Assembly (NCBI RefSeq): GCF_963921235.1
Contig: NC_086106.1
Span: forward strand, 25,048,001 to 25,112,000
Direction of reading: 5' to 3'
Origin: Mobula hypostoma
Lineage: Eukaryota
DNA length: 64,000 nt
This document shows, piece by piece, positions 39,833 through 49,513 of the stretch. The stretch's first letter is position 1, and every line of letters begins with the position of its first letter. Both the position numbers and the translations under genes were made by a program. Below the pieces are notes generated by a model. It was not told where the DNA came from. It worked only from the letters and a program-made list of their open reading frames with translations, and searched no databases.

Positions 39833-39929
39833 AGTTGTTGTATAGTGGAGACTGAGAACAGGATCATTGTGTATCAATGGGAGACTCAGACTCTAGATGG
39901 AAGAGGGACAAAGGTCACGGTCAGTCCCG
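39833..39929 (+). CDS. NTCRJ: NAR-TCR J segment A (coding 39872-39929, YQWETQTLDGRGTKVTVSP) with 23-RSS
   Basis: AGTTGTTGT-23-CATTGTG, GxGTxVTV motif and phase-1 donor G|GTAAGT. Confidence 0.93.
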
Positions 39930-40946
39930 GTAAGTATCCACAGACACCGACGATTCCTCAAATATCTCACCCATGTTCACTATCGTTTGATAGATGATCG
40001 ATTGATTTAAAATCTTGTGTGGTGTGATTCTGTAAACTGAATCTACACTCACTGCGTCGAAAGGCAAGGTGGTAAACTAAATTAACAGAGTGAGATGGAG
40101 AGGGGAATTTCTGCTATGAGTGAAGATGAAATGCTGGTGTAATCGTCGCAGAATAAATCCAACCGACTGATGTCAGACTGTGGGAAATACTGTTAGCAGC
40201 TTAAGACATAAACCGCAAGCAGATAAGATATATATATATGAAAATGTCACCGACATGCATGAAATAATGAATCTTGTTTTCTCCAACTTATTTTCAAATA
40301 GTACAGTGAAATGCAGAACCAAATGATGAAAAATAAGAAAAGAGAAGGGAAGCAAACTTTATATCGCCGCGTGCTGAACTCCAATTGAAAATAATATTAG
40401 CCTTCAGTTGCTTAGAAAATTATCCGACCAATCTGTCCCATTCAGTCTCTTTACTGTGAAGAACATGTTACAATGCAAGAGGCTGTAACTTATCGGGGAT
40501 ATATTATTTAAAAAAAGAAGCAATTCTGGATGGAGCCTCTATCAATTCGAAAAATAAAAAAGGCAAATCCATCATTATTCCGAATGAAACTGATGTTTAA
40601 AATAAACACCGAAGAACTTATATATAAAAAAAAGGAGTTCGGCCCATTTTATGATTGTAGGCCCTTTGCAATTGTTCCATGAATTTAGTTCTTCCTTCCA
40701 CATAGATGTCCAAAATATGAGACATCTTTTGATAATAGAAAGATATCTGCAATTTAGTATGAGTCCCTGATTTTATTTCACTGCAGCAATTCAGATAATA
40801 ATTGACAACGACAATAAATATTGTTTACTCGCATTTCAAATGAAACAAGATTGCGTGAAAGCAAAATCTCCTTAACGTATTTGGGACATGTTATTTTCTG
40901 ACAGTTATCGGTAAATCAGCAATAATTTTCCTTTACATTCATACAG

Positions 40947-41249
40947 AATCCATTGCTCCACCGTCTCAGAGTCCGGAACTACAAACTACACTTGCCGATA
41001 CTGCCATTTTAACCTGTGGATATGACGTGAATTGTCGCAACACAATACACTGGTATCGCCAGCTTCCAGGGCAGGCACCCATATTCCTGCTCCAGGGTCA
41101 AACTTCCGGAGTACAAGATAAGACAAAAAATGCCGGGGAACGAATTACTGGTTTTGTCGATCCTGGTAAGAAAATCAGCCAGCTGACGATCTCCAAAGTG
41201 CAACTGGGTGACGCTGCTGTGTATTACTGTGCAATGAGTCGGTTTGCAG
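40947..41249 (+). CDS. STCRDV: Leaderless supporting TCR-delta V exon, cassette A
   Basis: Pyrimidine tract and CAG acceptor in phase with J. ESIAPPSQ..ILTCGYDVNCRNTIHWYRQLPGQAP..LTISKVQLGDAAVYYCAM; extra CDR1 Cys at 41033-41035. No leader exon recognised between J and this exon. Confidence 0.94.
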
Positions 41250-41288
41250 CACTGTGATGCCGCGCATGGACAGCGCTGTTCAAGAACT
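41250..41288 (+). other. Proximal 23-RSS of supporting V, cassette A (CACTGTG-23-TCAAGAACT)
   Basis: Abuts the V coding end; spacer counted as 23. Confidence 0.9.
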
Positions 41289-41310
41289 AGGGTGATTCTC
41301 GTTACAAGCA

Positions 41311-41349
41311 CACAGTGCTAGGAAGCAGCGAGAGAACAATACAAAAACT
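41311..41349 (+). other. Second (distal) 23-RSS, cassette A (CACAGTG-23-ACAAAAACT)
   Basis: Consensus heptamer, exact 23-bp spacer and 8/9 nonamer; 22 bp after the first RSS ends. Confidence 0.9.
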
Positions 41350-41959
41350 CATTTGGTTTTATCATATAAATACACCACAGCCGAGCACGGAGACAACGGC
41401 AAGAAACCGCAGTGTGGTGGGATTTTATTAGAATGATAACATTAAAAAAAAGTACCACAATCAACACCCAAAATATGCTGGGAGAAATCGTAATGTCCTG
41501 ATGGAAGTTCTTGGTTCGAAACATCATTTCCATGGAAGTGGCCGGATCGACCGATTCCTTAAATTTCTACTTATAGAAGACACACAACTTTCAAGAATAT
41601 ATTCCTGGAGCAGAGAGGCATGATTGCCTTAAGGAAATTCGCATTTTAGATTTTTTCAGATCAGAAGGGCGTCAGGCATAGCAACAGAAGTGGGCAAATC
41701 AGCCTATCCATTGTGGCCCGCCATTCCATTATTATTGTTCCGTTTCCCAATACATTCTCCAGTATATCCATGTGGTACATGCAATCTACCAGCTATTTTT
41801 AATGAAGTAACATCGCAAATCCGTTTGCGCCGCGGGAACGTCGGCAGAAAAGTAACGGATATTGAAATGTTACAAATTCCAAACAATAAATGCGTAATCT
41901 ATTCTTTTGGAATTATACGGCATCACCAACTACAGGTATCATTACGATTCCAGAAACAT

Positions 41960-42420
41960 TTAAACATAGAAAACCTGCAGCACAATGCAGGTCCTTCGGC
42001 CCACAAAGTTGTGCCGAGGATGTCGCTACCTCAGAAATTACTCGGTTTACCTGTAGCCTCTATTTTTCTAATCTCCATGTACCTATACTAAATTATCTTA
42101 AAATATCCTATCGTATCCGCTCCCATCAGCATTTCCGGCAGCCCATTCCACAATATCACCACTCTCTGTGTAAAAAGAAAAAAAAACTCACCCCTGACAT
42201 CTTCTATGTACCTGCTCCCAAGCACCTTAAACCTGTGCACACCTGTGGCAGCCATTTCAGTACTCGGAAGAAGCCTCTGACTATCCACACGATCAATGCC
42301 TCTCATCATCTTGTACTCCTCTATCAGGTCACCTCTCATCCTCCGTCCCTCAAAGGAGCAAACACCGAGTTCACTCAACCTGTTTTCATCAGCCATATCC
42401 ACGCCCATGCCCTTATAAAG
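41960..42420 (-). mobile_element. CR1 3' end fragment
   Basis: Minus ORF MRGDLIEEYKMMRGIDRVD, plus the CR1 3' UTR/tail. Confidence 0.75.
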
Positions 42421-42785
42421 AAACTTTATGGAGCCTGAATGTGTCTTCTTAGGTTCTAAAAGCTTTCACCAGTGAGTTTTAACCTGCAGTCGATGCTGAC
42501 TGAGATGTGTTCCGTTGCGTTCAGTTTCTTCCGATAGCATGAATCTCATTAAAATGAAACTGCACGCTTTGGCAATTACATGCTCATCCAATTGAACGGA
42601 TTGCTATAAGTGGAAGTAATCGAGATAACTGGGAGAGGTGCTGCGAAAGAAACATTTGATCGTTAGTTATTATAAGGCAACGTCGTAATTACTCCCACTC
42701 ATTAGAGATAACCTACGATTTGTCATTCCTTGACTTTGCTTTAGTTGCTTTAATTGTTAGACATTGTAGGTTGTCCGATGCTTAA

Positions 42786-44620
42786 TCATATAACCATATA
42801 ACAATTACAATTCGGAAACAGGCCATCTCGGCCCTTTTAGTCCTTGCCGAACTCTTACTCTCAACTAATCCCACCACTTTAAACCACAACATCGAACTTG
42901 CTTCCACTACTTCAGCTGGAACCTCGTCTCACACAGCTACCACTCTCTGAGTAAAGAAGTTCTCCCCCATGTTACCCCAAAACTTTTGTCCGTTAACTCA
43001 CAACTCATGTCCTCTTGTTTGAATCTCCCCCACTCTCAAGAGAAAAATCCTATCCACGTCAACTCTATCTGTCCGCCTCCATAATTTTAAATACCTCTAT
43101 CAAGTCCCCCCTCAACCTTCTACGTTTCAAAGAATAAAGACCCACCTAATTCCACCTTTCTCTGTAACATAGGTGATTAAACCCAGGTAACATTCTCGTA
43201 AATCTTCTTTGCACTCTCCCGATTTTGTTGACATCTTTCATATAATTCGGTGACCAGAACTGTACACAATACTCCAAATTTGGCCTCTACCAATGCCTTG
43301 TAAAATTTCAACATTACGTCCCAACTCCGATACTCAATGCTCGGATTTAAAAAGGGCAGCATACGAAAAGCCTTCTTCACCACACTATGCACATGAGATT
43401 CCACCTTCAGGGATCTATGCACCATTATTCCTAGATCCCTCTGTTCTACATCATTCCTCAATGTCCTACCATTTACCATGTGCTTCCTATTTTGATTAGT
43501 ACTACCAAAATGTAGCACCTCACATTTATCAGCATTAAACTCCACCCGCCATCTTTCAGCCCACTCTTCTAACTGGCCTAAATCTCTTTGCAAGCTTTGA
43601 AAACCTACTTCATTATCCACAATCCAACCTATCTTCGTATCATCTGCATACTTACTCATCCAATTTACCACCATATCATCCAGATCATTAATGTATATGA
43701 CAAACAATATTGGAACCAGTACAGATCCCTAAGGCACACCACTAGTAACTGGCCTCCAATCTCACAAACAGTTATCCACCACTACTCTGTGGCGTCTTCC
43801 ATCCAGCCACTGTTCAATCGTTTTTACTACTGTAATATTATTATCTAACGATTCAACAAACCTAACTAACCTTCTGTGTGGAACCTTGTAAACGGCATAT
43901 AGACAACATACACCGCTTTTCACTCGTCAACCTTCCTAGTTACGTCTTCAAAAAGTTCAATAAGATTTGTCAAACATGACCTTTCACGCACAAATACTAA
44001 TGAGACCCTGTCCATTCAGATAATTATATATACCATCTCGAAGAATACATACATCAGTTTCCCCACCACTGACGTCAAACTCACAGGCCGACAATTGCGA
44101 GGTTTACTCCTAGAACCCTTTTTTAAACAATGGAACAACATGAGCAATACGCCAATCTTTCGGCACCATCCCAGTTTCTAATGACATATGAAATACTTCT
44201 GTCAGAACCCCTGCTATTTCCACAAAAAGAAACTTTCCTCAGGGTCCGAGGGAATATCTTGTCAGGACCCGGAAACTTATCCAATTTTATATTCCTTAAA
44301 AGCGCCAGTATTTCCTCTTCTTTAGTCATTATCGTTACCATAACATCCATAACTGTTTCCCTTACCTTGCACAATTCAATATCCTTCTCCTTAGAGAATA
44401 CCGAAGAAAATAAATTGTTCAGAATCTCCCCCATCTCTTTTGGCTCCACACATAGCTGTCCACTCTGATTCTCTAAGGGACCAATTTTATCCCTGACTGT
44501 CATTTTGCTGTTAATATAATTGTAGAAACCTTTGGGATTTATGTTCACATTACTTGCCAAAGCAAAATCATATATTCTTTTAGCTTTTCTAATTCATTTC
44601 TTAAGTTTCTTTTTCCATTC
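42786..44620 (-). mobile_element. CR1 ORF2, decayed with internal deletions
   Basis: Minus ORF 43177-43707 (YINDLD..KYADDTK..FNADKCEVLHFG); the tail GTTATATGGTTATATG is on the minus strand. Confidence 0.88.
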
Positions 44621-46140
44621 TTATATTCCTCGATTAGGTTCCGGAAAAAAAAAAAATAATCAGATGTCAGTGGTTTCTGGGGTTGAGCAGTTCGAAGGGC
44701 TGGAGTGGGGTATTCTGCGCTGCATCATGAAATAAACAACTAAATACACCTTGCAAGGAATTAAAACAACATTTACTCATGAAGACATACGGTACGTAAG
44801 TAGGTGCATAATCGATTGCCACCCAGACAGCAATACTTAATATATTTCATTTTCTGTAGAAACACTCAAATTCCATTTTGATTTTTTTCGCTTCCAAACT
44901 GGGAATTTTAATTTAAACTCAGTGGCCAATTAGAACGTATTTTCGTAAACTGTTGCTTTTTAATAAGATAAGTTGAAAGCGTGTGGAAAGCAGTTTACAA
45001 TTTATATTGCAAATACCAACTACTCACCAGTCATTTCGTGGGAAGGAGAATGGAACATCCTGGGAAATAGGTGACATCAGAAGCGAAGTGTTTACATCGA
45101 TACTCTGCGACTCTACAGCTCACATCAGGAATTACAGGAATCAAATAGCAATGAACTGGTCGAACTGGTCGTTAGCTAAGGAAGATATGCTTTCGAACCG
45201 CAATGAGGAGCAAGCCTGCAGCCCGTTCTCACGTAGAAGAATCTTATTCTGGGAGAAATATCCCGAAACCGGTGTGACGAGAATACACATAAAATTAAGA
45301 TGTTTGTTGGCCTAGGTTAGCATCAGTGACATCAGCAAGTGGTCTGCCACCTGCCCTCAGGGGAAGGAGAGATAAGGAACAATGGAGCAGCGTCTGGAGA
45401 TGTGTAATGAAGGGACGGGGGAAAGAGAGCTGTCTGGAGCTGCTCCCCCCCCTTTGAACCTTGAACTGTTTGAAGTGATGGACAGGCGATGCCCCAGCAG
45501 GGGGATAAAAAGGGACAGGTTCGCTAAGGCGGGACACACACACGCCACCCGAGGTAACGAGACCCTGGAAGCGGTGCGCCTCTCACGAGTGGGTGAGAAG
45601 TATCAGACAACGGCCAGGGTGGAAAGGTACGATCAGCGGGAACCCGGTGTGTGTCCGCCCTTGCCTGGGTGCCGGGTTCACTGCAGAGGATCGACTGCAT
45701 CTGGAGGAGGGGTCACAGTCGGTGACCTCAGGTGACATCACCATGGACCCGCCCAAAAGTTGCTTGTGAGCAATCTCGCCGGTCTGCGAGTGAAAGCGTT
45801 CTGAATGATCAGTTGTTCCTGTTCTATCTCTCTCTTCCCCCACGTTGTCCATCGCCATGGCAACGATTACTGCGAACTGAACTACTAACTGGACTGAACT
45901 TTGAGTCACTTTGAAATTTGGTCATTTACCCTAGACAACGATAGAGCTTGATTGATGCTGTTATCTTAATTCTGTGCACATGTGTGTTTATCATCGCTGA
46001 ACTGTTGCATTTATTATCCTTTCGATTACTGTGTTACTTGTTTCTTTAATAAAACTTTCTTAGTTCTAGTACTCCAGACTCCAACTGAGTGATCCATTTC
46101 TGCTGGTTTGGCAACCAAGTTACGGGGTACGTAACATAAG

Positions 46141-46159
46141 TGGGGTTCTCGTCCGCGAT
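46141..46159 (+). promoter_or_regulatory. Primer binding site, tRNA-Pro type
   Basis: TGGGGTTCTCGTCCGCGAT resembles the known tRNA-Pro PBS TGGGGGCTCGTCCGGGAT and lies 4 bp after the LTR. Confidence 0.75.
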
Positions 46160-46235
46160 TTTGAACGCTAAATTTGGGACGGAGTAAATTGATTGGGTTA
46201 AAATTCCCGAAAGAAAGAAAAGACAAACAGCAGAA

Positions 46236-47807
46236 ATGGAGGCTGAGGAATTTATAAAGGCGCCGACCTTGGAGGCATTAGAGGATACCAGGAAATCGGA
46301 ATTGATAGCTGTGGCCAAACGGTTGAATCTTGCTAAGGTGAAGTCGACAATGAGGAGAGAGGAGATACACAGAGCTATTGTAGAGCACTATGTATCTAAA
46401 GGTGTGTTTCCCCAAGGTGAGCTGGGGGTGGTGTCTATTGAAAAACCTGCTGGAGACGCGGTACAGGTACAGCTTGAAAAACTGAGACTCGAGCACGAGT
46501 TCCGGGTACGGCAGTTAGAACACGAAGAGAAGCAGTTAGAAAGGCAGGAGAGAGAAAGACAGTTAGAGAGAGAGGAGAAAGAGAGGCAATGGGAGCGAGA
46601 AGAGAGAGGGAAACAGAGGGAAAGGGAATTTGAGCTGGAGAAGTTAAAGATAAGGGCCGAGCAGGGGCTCGTGCCGAACCAAGGTGGAGGGTTCCGGGCG
46701 ACCCAGGAGGTTAGGTTGGTTCCCCCATTTGACGATACCGACGTGGATCGGTACTTTCTCCACTTCGAAAAAGTGGCTATAAGTCAGGACTGGCCGAGGG
46801 ATAAGTGGGTTGTTTTACTTCAGAGTGTACTGAAAGGGAAGGCCCAAGAAGCTTACTCAGCTTTGTCCGCGGAAGATGCCCAGATGTATGAGGTGGTGAA
46901 AGAGGCCATCCTCAGGATTTATGAGTTGGTCCGGGAGGCATACCGGCAGAGGTTCCGGAATGCGAGGAAGCAGTGGGACCGCACGTATTTGGAGTTTGCC
47001 CGTGAGATGCAGACATATTGTGAGCGGTGGTGCGCCTCGAAGGGGGTAGAGGGGGATTATGACAGACTGCTGCAGCTGATCCTGATTGAGCAGTTTAAAG
47101 GTTGTGTCCCTGAGGGTATGAAACCCTACCTCGATGAGAAAGAGGCAGCCACGTTAGCCGCAACTGCTAAGTTAGCGGACGAGTATGCGTTGACGCATAA
47201 AATGAAGTTTGCCCCGAGTAAAGGCTACCAGAAGGGTAGTCAGGACGGCGGGGAGAGTCCGCCGGAAAAGTCAGAAAGTAAGCCGGGGACTAGTGAAAAG
47301 GATAAGGTAGACCGGGAGCAGTCTGGTAGGAAGTCTCCTGGGGTCGTCTGTTATAATTGTGGGAAAGCCGGACACTTTGCGTCCAGGTGCTTTGTCCCAA
47401 GGAAGGAGACGGGGAAAGGAAAAGCGGAAATTTTGAATGGCTGTATCGAGCTGTTAAGCGAACCGCTAGGGAAGGACAGGTCTGAAAAAGTCCAGGAAGG
47501 GCGCGAGAGGTTTATCTCGGCCGGACTGGTGTCAGTGAAGGAGAGGTTAAAATCAGTTCCAGTGCGGATCTGGAGAGACACGGGAGCGTGTCAGTCACAA
47601 ATACTGAAGAGTGTATCAGAGTTTAGCTCAGAGACCCAGACTGGGGAGGTAGAGGTCAAAGGTGTTGGGGAAGGGACAGAGTCAGTCCCTTTGCACCAGA
47701 TACACTTACAGAGCAACCTGGTCTCTGGACTAGTCACGATTTGGGTGAGGTCCGAATTACCGATGAAAGACGTGGAAGTCTTGCTCGGTAATGACATCGC
47801 CGGATGA
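46236..47807 (+). CDS. gag: Gag-protease ORF (523 aa): coiled coil, SCAN-like domain, CCHC knuckle, aspartic protease
   Basis: YRQRFR..EQF (SCAN-like), CYNCGKAGHFASRC and RDTGA motifs. It ends at a single TGA, and the next ORF (47811) continues in the same frame. Confidence 0.88.
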   Translation: MEAEEFIKAPTLEALEDTRKSELIAVAKRLNLAKVKSTMRREEIHRAIVEHYVSKGVFPQGELGVVSIEKPAGDAVQVQLEKLRLEHEFRVRQLEHEEKQLERQERERQLEREEKERQWEREERGKQREREFELEKLKIRAEQGLVPNQGGGFRATQEVRLVPPFDDTDVDRYFLHFEKVAISQDWPRDKWVVLLQSVLKGKAQEAYSALSAEDAQMYEVVKEAILRIYELVREAYRQRFRNARKQWDRTYLEFAREMQTYCERWCASKGVEGDYDRLLQLILIEQFKGCVPEGMKPYLDEKEAATLAATAKLADEYALTHKMKFAPSKGYQKGSQDGGESPPEKSESKPGTSEKDKVDREQSGRKSPGVVCYNCGKAGHFASRCFVPRKETGKGKAEILNGCIELLSEPLGKDRSEKVQEGRERFISAGLVSVKERLKSVPVRIWRDTGACQSQILKSVSEFSSETQTGEVEVKGVGEGTESVPLHQIHLQSNLVSGLVTIWVRSELPMKDVEVLLGNDIAG

Positions 47808-47810
47808 ATC

Positions 47811-49100
47811 GTGTTCCCAGTCGTGAGATTGACATGTCAGCCTGCCAGCATTGAGGCCCCGCCCATGGACTCACAGGTTCATCACCGGCCCGCGATAGTG
47901 AATTTAGCTGAAACGTTTCTGCCAACCTTGTATGAGACAGGGTGTAGTGAGATAAGAGGTAGTGAGGGAGCTGGGACGGACGTAGCAGTAGCCAGGAAAG
48001 AATTTGTGCAGACGCAGGAGCGAGACAAGGGGCTGATGGTTTTTGCAGAGACAGCTCTCTCTGACACAGCTTTAACAAGGGAACTAGTAGGCTATTGTGC
48101 GTATGAGGAAGTGCTAAGGAAGAAAGGGAAATCAAGGACAGTACCCGCAGATGAGGAATGGGGGGTGGTGCAAAAGAGTTATGGGTATGAGGTTTTTAAC
48201 ATGACCCACGAGGTACCCCCCGGTGGACATTTTGCGGTGCTGGAGGAAACAGTTGGTGGAATCATGAAAGAGATTTACCGGCTGCCCAGGGGGAAGAATG
48301 TTATTGATCATGACCGACGCGAACTGAGACGGTCACCGGCTTTTGATATGCTAACAAACCTAGTCGGTGTTAGCGTGGAAATCAATGAAGCTATGGGCCC
48401 CCTGATAAGAGAATTAAAAACATTTTGCAAAGATTAGTATGGGATCGGTCAGATGGGAGAAGACTATTGTTTTGGCCAGGTCTACTGATAAGGTCTCTCC
48501 CTTAATCCCCGAACAAAGCGAATCTTTAGAAGTAATTAAACGACTCGCACCCGTGTGTTTGATTGTCCCGAGGAAATGCAAAGAACTGGGACGTTGGGTG
48601 ATGTCTGTTACAATAGGGCAGCCTAGTAAAGAACACTCATATATATTGAGTAATTCAGTGACTAAAGGGCTGATGAACACAGAGGTGTGTATTGGCAATT
48701 TAATACGGCTGTCTGACCAGCTTGATAGTGAACCTTGAAAAAAATGAATTCGGCCACACGAGGGTCACTTACCTGGGAATTGTGGTGACACAGGGGCAGC
48801 TGGCAGGGATGCAAGCTACAGTGCAGGCTATCGCTGACCTCCCAACCCCGACAGACAAGAGGGCCCTCAGAAGGCTCTTGGAGATGGTGGGGTACTGCAG
48901 GAAGTTTTGCAATAACTCTGCGGTCAATACCCGTCACCCTCCTACTAAGCCCTTGCGAGAGAAAACTGAGTCGGAATGGGACGAACCTTGTTATTGTAGT
49001 CCGGGACAAAGCCAAATGAGAGGTTACATTGGTCGCAATTCATCAGTGTTTTTGGCCATTATGAAGTTTGCTGAGTTGGAGCCTGGTCTAAGGGATTATT
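47811..49100 (+). pseudogene. pol: Pol remnants: integrase N-terminal HHCC part, then RT C-terminal part
   Basis: THEVPPGGHF (integrase Zn-binding start) lies upstream of NLEKNEFG..VTYLG..AIADLPTP..LRRLLEMVGYCRKF (RT). Confidence 0.7.
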
Positions 49101-49513
49101 AATAACACGTGTCAAAGGAACAGAAAATGTGATGACTGTCTGTCAAGGTGTTGACAGCTTCAAACTCGTTGTCTTAGCCAAATAGCTGTTAAAGATGTAT
49201 ATTTGTGTATGTATCAAATTATGTATTCATGTTTGTAATTTTTACCTCCCGGTAAAAATCCTTAAAGGGGGGAAGTGTGACGAGAATACACATAAAATAT
49301 AATGTTTGCTGGCCTAGGTTAGCATCAGTGACATCAGCAAGTGGTCTGCCACCTGCCCTCAGGGGAAGGAGAGATAAGGAACAATGGAGCAGCGTCTGGA
49401 GATGTGTAATGAAGGGACGGGGGAGAGAGAGATGTCTGGAGCGGCTCCCTCCTTTGAACCTTGAACTGTTTGAAGTGATGGACAGGCGATGCCCCAGCAG
49501 GGGGATAAAAAGG

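Larger units (their letters stand above)
35104..45272 (+). repeat. Segmental-duplication copy A
   Basis: Colinear with 49514-~60460 (copy B) apart from several indels; its right end also matches 2-1370. Confidence 0.92.

Noticed and set aside
38581-39929. IgNAR antibody cluster interpretation
   Set aside because: Only one D, no constant exons, and J is in splice phase with a leaderless TCR-type V that has its own RSS.
41376-41408. Possible third RSS (CACAGCC..GCAAGAAAC)
   Set aside because: The spacer is 16-17 bp, fitting neither 12 nor 23.
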